DNA from: Eledone cirrhosa
Lineage: Eukaryota
Length of the DNA: 64,000 nucleotides
Assembly (NCBI GenBank): GCA_964016885.1
Contig: OZ024743.1
Location: 241,180,001 to 241,244,000 of the forward strand
Reading direction: 5' to 3'
A program made the position numbers and the translations under genes. Shown here piece by piece: positions 40,177 to 56,123 of the stretch (within the stretch, counting starts at the first letter, position 1; the number at the start of each line of letters is the position of its first letter). A model generated the notes under the pieces. The model did no database searches, was not told the DNA's origin, and worked only from the letters and a program-made list of their open reading frames with translations.

Positions 40177-40321
40177 TTATTTCTGAAGACGGCATATGTA
40201 TGTGTTGGTATGTATATTCTATTTGATAGTTTGTATAATTTTGTATAATTTTGTACATAGATCTTTTGAATATGCATGCCAATTCTAACAGATATATGTC
40301 CTAGAAACGATCGTTAAATAA
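40177..40321 (+). ncRNA. Type I hammerhead ribozyme with a long stem II
   Basis: ttattt-CTGAAGA-cggcatatgt..atatatgtccta-GAAA-cgatcg-TT-aaataa. Confidence 0.75.
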
Positions 40322-40421
40322 TGAACTTTTTTTGTTTAAATAAGGAACTGTTTCATTGTTTTATTCATTATTTTTTTAATATTTTATATATATATAAATA
40401 TATATATATATTATATATATA

Positions 40422-40514
<93 letters not shown>

Positions 40515-40622
40515 GAATAAGGAAAAGCGAAATAGTATCATATATTCAAGACTTTTAACAATAATGCTGTGATATATATTTCAATGGCATATATATATAT
40601 ATATATACATATAAAGGTTTAC

Positions 40623-40769
<147 letters not shown>

Positions 40770-40771
<2 letters not shown>

Positions 40772-41140
40772 TTTTGCAACGGGTCAATTTGTGGCTCAAT
40801 GAAGAGTTAATAAATTAAATAATCATAGCCATATATCATAAAACATGTCTATAGAATCACCAGATAAAATATATACAATTTCCTCTCCCAATTAGCGTAA
40901 TTAACCATATGAAAAATCGATTAGACCAAGCTATAAGAATAAAGGCTTCTATGAAGAAATCTCCGACAAATAACCGAAAGCAGCCCTTCGCGTCGGTTGC
41001 GACGGAGTATTTATCGAGTATTTCGACAGCGTGTATAAATCGCTCAGATATACAGTTAACTAAACAGAATTAGGTGTAAAATAAACTAAGAGAAAAGTGA
41101 ACATATTTAGTGACCTCTACCATGGTTTCGTCCGCATTTT
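40770..41140 (-). mobile_element. Partial inverted copy of the ~650-bp unit
   Basis: Contains ctctaccatggtttcgtcc (3' half of the hammerhead) and the reverse complement of the unit body. Confidence 0.75.
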
Positions 41141-41397
41141 AAGATATCCGATAGCAGCGAGCATCTAGTGCAGTGGGGATGGGAGAGTGTTAGTATTTAC
41201 AGGTCTCTATATTACCTCTCACTAATAACTGATCATCAACCCTTAAGAGTATATATTTTTAATTCTATGTATCATAGTTTCATATTGGAAGTTATAAGTG
41301 AAATTAGAACTAAAAATTAGAATTTAAAATCGAAATCTTAAATCAGGTATCAGAAATTATAAATTAAAAATTTAACAAATATAAATTAAACAATTAA

Positions 41398-41478
<81 letters not shown>

Positions 41479-41654
41479 ATTGTATATATATATATATTTT
41501 ATATATATATATTATACCCATTGGCAGATCTCACACAATGCAGCCTCGACAGATGGATACTGCTTGATTATGGCTGACAACTGATGCAACCAATACACCA
41601 TAGTTAAAACCAATGTATGGAACATTATATTATGTAACATTATATCATTATTTT

Positions 41655-41838
41655 GGTGAATTGCAGTATCGGTAGAGGGTTGGGCGCTTTGCTTTCTAGC
41701 ATAGTTACGTTCCTTTACAGTCTGAGTTCAAATCCCGCCGAGGTTAACTTTGCCTTTCATCCTTACGGGGTCGATAAAATAAAGTACCAGTAATATACTG
41801 GGTATTTGCTGGACTTTTGCCTAAAGTAGAAACAATTA
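41655..41838 (+). mobile_element. tRNA-derived SINE copy
   Basis: Same family as 42005-42192. Confidence 0.85.
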
Positions 41839-41860
41839 TTTTAATTTATATGCCTTTGAA

Positions 41861-41980
41861 GTTCCGATGAGCCGCTCTGTCTTTTAAATATGTTAATTAT
41901 TTTCAACTGAACCAGATCAATTATGATACATAGTCATCTGATCCAGAAATATCATATGGAGTAGCGAAACAATTGTAAAC
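41861..41980 (+). ncRNA. Type I hammerhead ribozyme, CCGAUGA core
   Basis: gtt-CCGATGA-gccgctct..ggagtagc-GAAA-caattg-TA-aac. Confidence 0.7.
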
Positions 41981-42004
41981 GGACATTATTATTATTATGA
42001 ATTA

Positions 42005-42192
42005 TGGCGGTGGATTGGCAGTATCGGTAGAGGGTCGGACGCCATCCTTTCCAGCATAGTTCCGTCCCTTTACCATCTGAGTTCAAATCCCGCCGAGGTT
42101 GACTTTGCCTTTCATCTTTACGGGGTCGATAAAATAAAGTACCAGTAATGCACTGGGTAATTGCTGGCCTTGTGCCTAAAGTAGAAACAATT
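42005..42192 (+). mobile_element. tRNA-derived SINE (Pol III A/B boxes), followed by a deleted copy at ~42207-42270
   Basis: TGGCAGTATCGGT..GAGTTCAAATCC, conserved body gccgaggttgactttgcctttcatc..ggtcgataaaataaagtaccag, ATT tail. Confidence 0.88.
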
Positions 42193-42430
42193 ATTATTAT
42201 GAATTGGCTGGCAGTATCGGTAGAGGGTTGGACGCCATGCTTTGATGGCCTTGTGCCAAAAGTAGAAACATTATTATTAATATTATTATTATTATTTTCT
42301 ACATTCCTAACATCAAACTAAAATATGTTCACAATCTTTTAATCATTTCTTCCTTGTGAAATTTGTGGTCTTGTTCTGCTTAAGTAATGAATATATATTT
42401 TATATATATATATTTTATATATATATATTT

Positions 42431-42473
<43 letters not shown>

Positions 42474-42488
42474 TTTATATATATATAT

Positions 42489-42522
<34 letters not shown>

Positions 42523-42644
42523 ATATATTATATATATATATTTTATATATATATATTTTATATATATATTTTATATATATATTTTATATATATATATATA
42601 TTATATATATACATATATTATATATATATTATATATATATATTT

Positions 42645-42676
<32 letters not shown>

Positions 42677-42765
42677 TATATTATATATATTTTTTTATAT
42701 ATATTTAATATATATATATATTATATATATATACATATATATTTTATATATATATATTTTATATA

Positions 42766-42811
<46 letters not shown>

Positions 42812-42920
42812 ATATAAATATATATTTTATATATATATATATATTATATATATATTATATAAATATATATTTTATATATATATATATATTATATATATAT
42901 TATATATATATATATATATA

Positions 42921-43521
42921 TTAAGCATAAAGGAATTGAGAGAGAGACTGAGCATAAGAGGAATCAAATGCTGCGTGCAGGAGGGGCGGTTACGCTGGTA
43001 TGGACATGTCATGCGTATGAAGGATGACAGCTGCATAAAAAGGTGCAGAGCACTAGAAGTTGATGGAAACCGCGGAGTGGGGAGACCCAAGATGACTTGG
43101 GATGAGGTGATAAATGCCGACCTTACCCAACTACACCTCTCAAAGTCAATGACACACGACCGTGACTTCTGGCGTCACGCAGTAATACAGGGTACCCGAC
43201 CTCCCATGGGTACATGCTGAAGCATATAAACAATATGCCCCCCCCCCCACACCGCAAGGTGGTCGTGGAGGTGCCACGGCAAAAAAGCACCCATCCCACA
43301 CTGTAAAGTGGACGTGTAGGCGCCACGAAAAAGCACCCAGCACTCACTGTAAATGAGGTTGGTGTTAGGAAGGGCATCCAGCTGTAGAAATCAACCAGAT
43401 CAGTTCCTGTATGAGCAAGGCATGGTCAGCCGACCAGACACTGCCCACAACAGGACAACCCGTCTAACCCATGCTAGCGTGGAAGAACGGAGTAAAACGG
43501 TGATGATGATGATGATGATGA
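42921..43521 (+). mobile_element. 3' fragment of an RTE-clade LINE with a (GAT)n tail
   Basis: RLRWYGHVMRM..GNRGVGRPKMTW..DRDFWR, then a 3' UTR ending in (TGA)n. Confidence 0.85.
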
Positions 43522-43582
43522 TTATATATATATATTTTATATATATCTATTTTATATATATATATTTTATATATATATATAT

Positions 43583-43614
<32 letters not shown>

Positions 43615-43852
43615 ATTTTATATATATATATTATATATATATATTATATATATATATATATATTTATATTTTATATATATATTTATATTTAATATATATA
43701 TATATATTATATATATATATATTATATATATATATATTTTATATATATATATATATATTATATATACATATATATTTTATATATAAATATAGGAACTCTA
43801 CTACCCTAAGTATTGAGTACTTTGGTTCACCTGGTCCCTTACCACATTTCCT

Positions 43853-43916
<64 letters not shown>

Positions 43917-43942
43917 ATTTTATATATATATATATATTATAT

Positions 43943-43973
<31 letters not shown>

Positions 43974-44302
43974 ATATTATATATATATATTTTATATATA
44001 TATTATATATATATATTATATATATGTATATATATATATTATATATATAAATTTTTTATATATATATAGATTATATATATATATTTTATATATATATATA
44101 TCATATATATATATGATATATATATATTTTATATATATATATATTTTATATATATATATATATATTATATATATATATATAAAATATATATATATATTAT
44201 ATATATATATTTTATATATATATATATATTATATATATATATTTTATATATATATTATATATATATATATTTTATATATATATTTATATGTTATATATAT
44301 AT

Positions 44303-45485
44303 CGATAGGGAGGTATTCAAGTAGAGATAAGCAGAACAAACTTTCCTCCAAGAGATGTTATAGTTAATATTTTTATCTTTCAAGGACCATATGAGTACTC
44401 CCGACGTCATTGTTAACTCTAGGTTGGATTCTGCAAACTCAAATACGACGTCAAACGTAACTTCGTTGAATGTTCATAATACCAATCTAAATCATGAAAC
44501 TATTATTCCTATCGTAAATAACTCCTCGAATCCAATTCCTCCTATAAATAACACTAGGTCACTTGTTAATAACTCTATTAATTTCTCTAATCGCAATTGT
44601 AATTGCCCTGTTAAAACTAAATGTCCTCTCAATAACCATTGTCTTGTAAAAAACTTAGTCTATGAATGTAAGGTTATAACTGATACCAATTCCTTTACCT
44701 ATTTCGGTTCCACTTCCACCTCCTTCAAAGTGAGATTTTATAATCAAAATTCGTCTTTTAGATACCAACTTAAAAGAACTAACACGGCACTCTCAGAACT
44801 CATATGGTCCTTGAAAGACAAAAATATTAACTCTAACATCTCTTAGAGGAAAGTCTGTTCTGCCTCTCCCTACTTAAATGCCTCCCTGTCCAGAACGTGT
44901 AATCTTTGCCTATCTGAGAAATTTACCATTATTTCTAATTTAGATTCTATAATAAATAGACGCACTGATATACTAATTCTTTATAATTATCTCCAAATTA
45001 TTTTGTTGAGCCAAAATTGGCCAAAACTGCTACTATATTTCATAGTAATGGCTCGGCTGCTGTCTTCTTAACAAACCACTCCTCACTGATTATCCTCGAT
45101 GTCACGTGATTGATTCTTTTGTATTTGCCACCGACGTAGTAGGCAGTGATTTTTTCAATGTCTTGGAACTTAGTCCACGCTATGCTTTTTTCCATCCACT
45201 GAATTATTTTTGTATAAGTTCCCTGTGTCCACGCATTGCCTGGAAACTTAGCTGAGAATAGACTTCCCTGATGACGAAAGGCTTCTCCGTACGTTTCTTC
45301 GGAAACTACGTTTATTCCCTTTCAGAAACTAATTAGATGGAGTGAAATTTTAGTCAGTAAGTTAATTTTTATAATTTTCTTATTTTACGTCTTTCATATT
45401 ATTTTTCTGCATCCACATGCATTGAACCACAAAGTTACTAAGACAAAACCTATATATTTGCTGGCATAGGTATGCATCTGTATAT
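44303..45485 (+). mobile_element. 5'-truncated Naiad-type Penelope element (decayed GIY-YIG + 3' UTR)
   Basis: CNCPVKTKCPLNNHCL..VYEC..YFGST..FKVRF..LSELIW..CNLCLSE, with a hammerhead downstream. Confidence 0.85.
45262..45343 (+). ncRNA. Type I hammerhead ribozyme (cleavage site appears mutated)
   Basis: acttcc-CTGATGA-cgaaagg..cctttca-GAAA-ctaattag-AT-ggagt. Confidence 0.7.
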
Positions 45486-46285
45486 ATATGTATATATATA
45501 TTCCCACCCCGGAAAAAACCCCAGTTGATGGACGTGAATCCGAAATATATAGGGACTATTAAATCTCTCCCAAGGTAACTCTCTCTTGTGTTGTTATTTT
45601 TATTTTATCCTTTATACTCTTCCCTTCATTCTACACATCTCACAAATCTTATACACACCACGCATCTCAACGTACACCCACTTACATCTCTCTCACCACC
45701 ACCGGACCTTGTTACCCGGAGATTTACCCATTTGCATTGTCGAGGCTTCCAAACGACTTAAAGATATTTACTAATTGTTCCACATTGCTTCAAGCAAACT
45801 TCACTACTCTCTTATATATATATATAATTAATATATATATATAATATATATATATATAATATATATATATATACATAATATATATATATATAATACATAT
45901 ATATATATATAATATATATATATATAATATATATATATATATTATATATATATAATATATATATAAAATATATATATATATATATAATATATATATAATA
46001 TATATATATAATATATATATATATAAATATATATAATATATATATAAATATATATAATATATATATATATATTATATATATATATATGTATATATATATA
46101 ATATATATATATACGTATACATACTTATATAAATACAATATATATATATACGTATACATACTTATATATATATAATATATATATACGTATACATACTTAT
46201 ATATATATTTATATATATATATATATAATAAATATATATAATAAATATATATATGTATATATATATATATAATAAATATATATAC

Positions 46286-46375
<90 letters not shown>

Positions 46376-46543
46376 ATTATATATATATAGCTATATATAT
46401 TACATATATATATAATATATATAGATATATATAATATATATATATATAATATATATATACATATAATATATATGTATATATATAATATATATATAATATA
46501 TACATATATATATATATAATATACATATATACATAATATATAC

Positions 46544-46661
<118 letters not shown>

Positions 46662-46734
46662 ATATATATGTATATATATTTATTATATATATATATATAC
46701 ATATAAAAAATTAGTATACCTTGTAACATATATA

Positions 46735-47049
46735 TACACAGATGCATATTTATGCTTGCAAATATATAGGTTTTGTCTTAGTAACATTGTGGTTCAATGC
46801 ATGGGGTTGCAGAACAATAATATGAGAGACGTAAAATAAGAAAATTATAAAATTAACTTACTTACTAAAATTTCACTCCCACGTATTGCCTGGAAACTTA
46901 GCTGAGAATAGACTTCCCTGATGACGAAAGGCTTCTCTGTATGCTTCTTCGGAAAGTATGTTTATTCCCTTTCAGAAAGTAATTAGTTGGGAGTGAAATT
47001 TTAGTAAGTAAGTTAATTTTATAATTTTCTTATTTTACGTCTCTCATAT
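46735..47049. mobile_element. Head-to-head inverted pLTR pair of the 44303-45485 family
   Basis: 46735-46881 is the reverse complement of ~45338-45485; 46880-47049 matches 45230-45399. Confidence 0.85.
46912..46994 (+). ncRNA. Type I hammerhead ribozyme
   Basis: acttcc-CTGATGA-cgaaagg..cctttca-GAAA-gtaattag-TT-gggagt. Confidence 0.75.
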
Positions 47050-47082
47050 ATATACATATATATATTTATTATATATATTTAT

Positions 47083-48989
<1,907 letters not shown>

Positions 48990-48990
<1 letters not shown>

Positions 48991-49890
48991 TTTTTGCAAC
49001 TGGTCACTTTGTGGCTCAATGACTATATCTAGGCGGATACGCTGTCGAATTATTCGATAAATATTCCGCTACGGCCGACGCGAAGCGCAAGTTTCGGTTA
49101 TTTGTCGGAGATTCCTTGATAGAAGCCTCATTCTTATAGCCTGGTCTATTCGATTTTTTATATAGTTAATTATGCTAATTGGGAGAGGAAGTAGTATATA
49201 TTTTATCTTGTGATTCTATAGACATGTTTTATGATATATAGCTCTGATTGTTTAATTAATTAATTTTTCATTGAGCCACAAGGTGACCAGTTGCAAAACA
49301 CGTATATGTATATGTATGTATATATATATATGTAAACTTTTATATGTAATAATCTCCCACTAGGTTGAGATACAAATTTGGCTGTATTGTGCTGTGATTT
49401 CTAGCAAAAATGCCACCAGTCGTAAGCAACTACCACACCCCTTCCAACTTGACCGCAACTACGTCACGATTTTTAGCCATTTTGAAATGAATTCTTGGCG
49501 CGTCGCTTTGGAAAATTTCGTGTCTACATATGAGCGAGCTTCCTGAAGAATCCGTCGCACGAGTTTATATAATTATTACATAATTATTAGAAAACTCAAA
49601 ACACGGACGAAACCATGGTAGAGGTATTTAAATGTATTCTATTTTCTCCTAGTTTATTTTAAACCTAATTCTGTTTAGTTGACTATATCTAGGCGATAAC
49701 GCTGCCGAAGTATTCGATAAATATTCCGCTACGGCCGACGAGAAGCGAAGTTTCGGTTACTTGTCGGAGATTCATTCATAGAAGCCTCATTCTTATAGCC
49801 TGGTCTATTCGATTTTTTATATAGTTAATTATGCTAATTGGGAGAGGAAATAGTATATATTTTATCTTGTGATTCTATAGACATGTTTTA

Positions 49891-49897
<7 letters not shown>
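48990..49897 (+). mobile_element. About 1.3 tandem copies of the non-coding ~660-bp hammerhead unit, with a short inverted cap
   Basis: 49021-49240 recurs at 49681-49897; 48990-49022 is an inverted copy of ~49268-49298. Confidence 0.8.
49539..49624 (+). ncRNA. Type I hammerhead ribozyme
   Basis: cttc-CTGAAGA-atccgt..acggac-GAAA-ccatgg-TA-gagg. Confidence 0.85.
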
Positions 49898-49944
<47 letters not shown>

Positions 49945-50124
49945 TTATTTATTATATATATATATATATAAATATATGTATAAGTATGTATACGTATATA
50001 TATAAGTATATATACATAATTATATTTAAGTAACAGCCGTACTAAGTGTGGGAAATGAAATTTCGTTTCATTTTTTCCGTTTAAATATGATTATATATAT
50101 ATATATATATATATATGATTCCAG

Positions 50125-50184
<60 letters not shown>

Positions 50185-50322
50185 TCCAGATCCTCTGTGA
50201 AATAACAACCCAACCAGGAACTGGGCATATCAGAGTATTGACAATATTATACACCTCAACAATATATATATATATATATATATAATATATATATATATAA
50301 TATATATATATATATAATATAT

Positions 50323-50354
<32 letters not shown>

Positions 50355-50468
50355 ATACATATATATATATATAATATATGTATATATATAATATATATAT
50401 ATGTATATATAATATATATATATACATAATATATATATATATATAATATATATATATATATATAATAT

Positions 50469-50516
<48 letters not shown>

Positions 50517-50533
50517 TATATTATACATATATA

Positions 50534-50587
<54 letters not shown>

Positions 50588-50690
50588 TATATATTATATA
50601 TATATATATAGTATATATATATAATATATATATAAATATATATATTATATATATAATGTATATAGATATATAGATATATATAATATATAT

Positions 50691-50755
<65 letters not shown>

Positions 50756-50948
50756 CGAAGGAAATGTGGTAAGGAACCAGGTGGACCATAACGCACCAAA
50801 GTACTCAATACTTGAGGTAGTAGAGTGGGTAATAGGAACCAGTAAGACCCCGACAGCTGAGCTCAAGCCGTTTCGACGGCTAATTCTTGACTAGTCCAGA
50901 ATTAGCCGTCGAAACGGCTTGAGCTCAGCTGTCGGGGTCTTACTGGTT

Positions 50949-51033
<85 letters not shown>

Positions 51034-51148
51034 TATATAATATATAGTGATAATAATAAATTTGAAGACTAAAATCCAAAGAGGGCTCGATAAGGATAAA
51101 TATATATGAAATATATAAGAACCGTAGAGCAAATATTTATTAAAATAA

Positions 51149-51222
51149 CAGATTAAAGTTTAAGCAAAGAATCGCTGCTTTCACCCTTAACGGGATCTTC
51201 TGAAACTAACAAAGTCAATCTG
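51149..51222 (-). ncRNA. Hammerhead ribozyme (3' pLTR), CAGAAGA core
   Basis: Same sequence as 37411-37484. Confidence 0.78.
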
Positions 51223-52147
51223 TAAACGCAGAAGTGGATATTTCAAAAAACATTGCAACCGGAGGAAGACAGGAAGACGATACTTTGGTTTTGTGGAAAC
51301 GTTCGCTGGCAAAGAACGGGAAAAAACGAATATAATACGTCATTAATAGGAGCGGAGAAAAACAATTACTCGCAAAGACAGAACCACGTTAATGGTATAA
51401 AAGAGGTCGTAGACTAATGTTCTCTTAGGTGGTTCATAGAGACGTTCTCTGGCAATGAACGAAAAAAACGAAGATAATGCGTCATATGTGGACCGTGGAG
51501 AACAATAGCACGCAAAGACAAAACCACGTAAATGGTATAGCAGAAGTCGTAGACTAAAATTCTAACTAGGATACCGAATGAATCTCCGCTACAGAGTTAA
51601 GAACAAAGTAAATAAATACAATACAGAAGTAATAGAAATAAATTAATACATACACGCAAACAAATACGTACATACACAAGCATACGCGAAAACACTTACC
51701 ATAGGTATACAAAACCACGCCCATATAAATATGTGTGTGTGTGTATGCGTTATATACAAATAAATAAATAATTATATAAACGTATATAAATAAATAAATA
51801 CGTATATAACAAGCGCACACACATATCTACAAGTAAATACACGAATGTTCGGAGACGTAAGTCAACCAAAACTTGAAGTACACGTATACACACACCCTAC
51901 ATACGTACGAACCTACATACTCACACAGACGCAAAACTCCCGTATACACATAGCCAAACCATATGTACCAGAATATATAAAATTATACGCTATAACATAA
52001 ACAATCAGATATACGTACGAGAAGGTATACTTACCTTCTCAAAACATACGGGTAATATATACTTACCTGTGCAAATAAGTAATGGTATAAACAAAACATA
52101 TACTTAGCTCCCACATCAAGACGTAAAATATCCACGTATAGATCGTA

Positions 52148-54276
52148 CTAACCCTTAGGGTATAACGTGGGGCTGTAATACAGGAAAGTTTTGTGCAATT
52201 TATGTTTACAAGCCGAAATTGCTTCAGATTTTTTGTTTAAGATGTGGTCTGTGGCGTAAAGTATTTCCAGGGCCTCAGCGGCGCAGAGGTCACATGGTCT
52301 TTTATTTCCGTTATACGATCTAGCCCTAGCTAGGATCTCCCAGTGTAATTTATATTGGGTGTGGTTGTCTTTTAGACTCCAGATATAAGCTGAAAGTGAC
52401 GTCATATTCCTTCTTAGAGGGTAACGAAAAGAATGGGTATGCATGTAAAGACGCTGCTTGAAACTATTGGCGGTTAACCCTATGTAGGCCCTACGGGACG
52501 TGGGTGTTACAACCTTACATTTGTAGACAATATTACTAGAGAGGCATTTCCCGGATAGGGGGCAATCAACCCGATTCCTACAATTACGGTTAGTACTAAC
52601 TACAGGATTGCACGTGTTCTTACGGCTAGGTAGTTTAGCTAAATTTGAAGCTGTGATGTTATGTGCAAGGTTAGGAGTCGTAGAGTAAGAAATTTTAATA
52701 GTATTTCTATTAAAAATTCTACTATATTTATGTGTAGGGGGAAAATGCTTCGTAATAAGGGAAAGAAAGATCTTAGCTAATGGTGTGGCCACCTCCATAT
52801 TATATGGTGGGTTATACCAACAAATGCGACGGGATCTATTTCTTCTAGGTCTATTTTCGAACTCTGTATATGCTACCTTATCGACAAATCCACTTCGAGC
52901 AAGAGCTTCATTGTAATAAGTGGAATGGTCGTTGAAAATACACTCGTTGGTGGAAAGACGGGAAAGCCTCAACGAAACGTTTCTTACCAGGTTCTTGGTT
53001 ATGCTGGCAGGATGGTTGGAATGCTTACTTATGTAATTAAGCGTACCATTCGGCTTTCTATATGGGTAATACAACCCATTCAATAAATTGAGGGTAACGT
53101 CGAGGTAATTAAAGACCGAGAGATTGGCCTCAACCTGTATAGGGAGGTTGAAGCCTTTAAAGAAGGCTGTGAGTTCTTTTCTGAACCTGTCGCAAGCACG
53201 AGGTCCGCACTTAGTCATGGTCAAAAGACCATCGTCCCGGTACAAACCACCGCCCGCGTTGGGGAATTCGTCCTTGATAGAGAAAAGAAGGAAAAGGCCG
53301 ATAAGATCAGTAACCTCCGCAGAATCATTGGCGCCCATACTCACGTCGAATGGGGTACTATTGGATTGTTTAATCCAAATAGAGTCGTCGAAATTAATCA
53401 CCGACTTTCGGGCATTAAGGATGACATCAACTTCGAAATCCTTAACCACTGTGAATGTTTTAGCGAAATTGATAACTCTAAGGAGAAGTGGTAAAGTGAT
53501 GGAGGAGTAGTAATTGTTAATGTCGAATTGGATAAAACGGCAATGTTCCTTGTTACATATGCCGTTGAACCAATCAATCACCGCGAAAGAATTGTTCCAC
53601 AGTGCAAGAGGGGCCAAACTTCTAATTTCAGGTATAATTCTATCAAGAATCGTTTTACTAAGTCTACCTAAATCGGACTTCGTAGGGTTAATAAGCCGAA
53701 TAGAGGGGTTGTTCAGAAAATTGGATTTGTGATCCTTCAGGGTAAAGTGGGGAGAAATAGGGTCCAGAGGTTCGGTCCGGTCCAGGATGTTGATATCAGA
53801 TGTGATTTTAAACCCAGCATTGTTGATTTCATTGATGACGCACCGATTAGTTTTACGGTAATCCTTAGTTACAGCATTATGTAGTAGTTTATGGTAAGTA
53901 CTGCGCTCCACTTGATATAGGTTGCCAGTTTTGTCGGAATGGACGTGCACGGCATTAGAATCCTTAATAGAACGAATTCTATTCTTCAGGTCTTGCTGGA
54001 AGGAATTGCTCCTATTCCGAAATTTGATACTCCGAATGAGTTCCAAGACATAATTTTCGAAGGGTAGCAATGCTGGGTTACACGGGGGGTTATTATAGGT
54101 TTTAAATCCAAATTTATCCTGTTTGTTGTCTGCTTTTCGCGGATTATCGAAATAAAAGGCACGCCAACGCAACCTTTTAATGAACGCGTCTGTTTTCTGT
54201 ATCAGGAGTTTAGGTATGTTTTCCTGCTTGGTACGGGTATGTTTTTTGAAGAAATATTCAGATGTTGTTTCTGCAT
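52148..54276 (-). CDS. Penelope-like RT + C-terminal GIY-YIG endonuclease
   Basis: Motifs FDINNYYSSI, MGANDSAEVTDLIG, LYRDDG, YLDV, WYNPPY, NCRNRVDCPLSGKC, IVYKC..YIGLT. Probable start is ATG 54276 (MQKQHLNISSKNIPVPS) with a 1-nt frameshift near 54210. Confidence 0.92.
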
Positions 54277-54422
54277 GATGAATATAAGTCAGTAGAGTGC
54301 TCAACCGAAGGAGCCAAATAGTAATAATAATAAATTTGAACACTAAAATCCAAAGAGGGCTCGATAAGTATAAATATATATGAAATATATAAGAACCGTA
54401 GAGCAAATATTTATTAAAATAA

Positions 54423-54496
54423 CAGATTAAAGTTTAAGCAAAGAATCGCTGCTTTCACCCTTAACGGGATCTTCTGAAACTAACAAAGTCAATCTG
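54423..54496 (-). ncRNA. Hammerhead ribozyme (5' pLTR), CAGAAGA core
   Basis: Same sequence as 37411-37484. Confidence 0.78.
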
Positions 54497-54699
54497 TAAA
54501 CGCAGAACTGGATATTTCAAAAAACGTTGCAACCGGAGGAAGACAGGAAGACGATACTTTGGTTCGTGGAAACGTTCGCTGGCAAAGAACGGGAAAAAAC
54601 AAATATAATACGGCATTAATAGGAGCGGAGAAAAAGAATTACGTGCAAAGACAGAACCACGTTAATGGTAATATATATAGAATATATATATATATATAT

Positions 54700-54732
<33 letters not shown>

Positions 54733-54900
54733 TTATTATATATATATACATACATATATTTATTATATATATATATATATATATATAATACATTGTGAAG
54801 AGAGAAGTAATATTAGATATAATCAGTAATAAGATATATCATACACAACATCTTCTTTAGTCCCCGACTACGTATATATATATATATATATATATATTAT

Positions 54901-55517
54901 GTCAGGTCACCAGTTGGTGCTACTGGTAACATGTATCCCAGTACAACCTCTCCCATGGTCGGGTCGTTGGCGACTAAACTGGCAACCCCACCAAGGTTTC
55001 TTGGTGAGGAGGGTGACTTTGGACATCCTGCAGGACTAAAAACAAAACCTGTCAAAGGGCAAAGGAACTCTTAAGCGTCAATGGCCATCCAAAATCACCG
55101 GGAGAGATGGCCCCTTAGCCTTTGTCAAGGCAGAATTCTAGAAGAAGGAAAGGAGGAGGAAAACTCTGATATAACACCTGCAACCCTGATGATATCCAAT
55201 GATGTTGACTTGTTCTTCATTTTGGTAAATATCATCTTGGTTAAGAGAGTGGGAATGGCTTTGTGCAGTGCCTTTTCTCACTATAAAAGCTTCACGGCAC
55301 AGGCATTGCTTTATATCTGGAGATCTCTCTGCACTTGTCGTCACATGGTACCATGGGCCCAGCACTATGTGTCAATAATTGTCACAAGTGTAGTGTTTGT
55401 ACCAAAGTTTTCAAGTCACTGGCCGGACTGAAAAGTCACATTCGTTCAGCGCATCGGTAGGGGTTCTCCTACATGGATATAAAGTAGTGGCCGTACTCGA
55501 AAACGAGTTGGCAGCCA

Positions 55518-55520
<3 letters not shown>
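54901..55520 (+). mobile_element. Probable internally deleted RTE-like LINE derivative
   Basis: GC-richer island in (TA)n that ends in a C2H2-like peptide (CSVCTKVFKSLAGLKSHIRSAH) and a short 3' UTR. Confidence 0.45.
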
Positions 55521-55553
<33 letters not shown>

Positions 55554-56089
55554 TTATTATATATATTTATTATTTATATATATATATATAGTTAGAGAAG
55601 GAAAAGGTTGCTTATTGTGATCCAGTTTTTGGTTAAGAAAGCCATTTTCATGCATGGTTTCAACGTATACGGTTAGGGGTAACTCCACAAGTTTGAAAGA
55701 ATTCTGTTCAATCTTGGAGTATAAAGTATAAAAGAGAAAACACAGGTAACCATTAAGAGAAGGATTTTATCCAGGTCTTTACGACCGTTTCATTGGTAAG
55801 TGCAACCTTATATTGCTATACTGCAAATAGCAGCCACTCAATTATAATTGTTGTTCACAATCCAAATTTTCAAAATAGTAAGTTACTCTTGAAATAATTC
55901 TTAATATATAGAGACAAACATTTATTTGGAATTGTATTTACTTGTATAGAGAGAGAGGAATCAGAAGCTGAGAGGACAGAGGGAATAGTATAGAGAGAGA
56001 GGAATGGGGAAGAGGTAGGAAGTAGAGTGACAAACTGAGATGGTGGGAGGGGTAGAGGTGGAAGGATTCCTTGGTCAGTTTTGATATAT

Positions 56090-56123
<34 letters not shown>

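Larger units (their letters stand above)
51049..54670 (-). mobile_element. Near-complete Penelope-like element (Naiad-type) with direct pseudo-LTRs
   Basis: 54321-54670 repeats 51049-51398. Single RT+GIY-YIG ORF; (TA)n on both flanks. Confidence 0.93.

Noticed and set aside
42005-42100. tRNA gene
   Set aside because: A and B boxes are present but there is no cloverleaf, and it is the head of a multi-copy SINE.
52148-54276. Selenoprotein-type Naiad (UGA recoding/SECIS)
   Set aside because: There is no in-frame TGA in the RT-EN frame, and no SECIS was recognised.
54277-54406. N-terminal extension of the 752-aa ORF
   Set aside because: Much of it overlaps pLTR sequence (the same peptide appears at 50950-51132); the conserved-looking N-terminus is in another frame.
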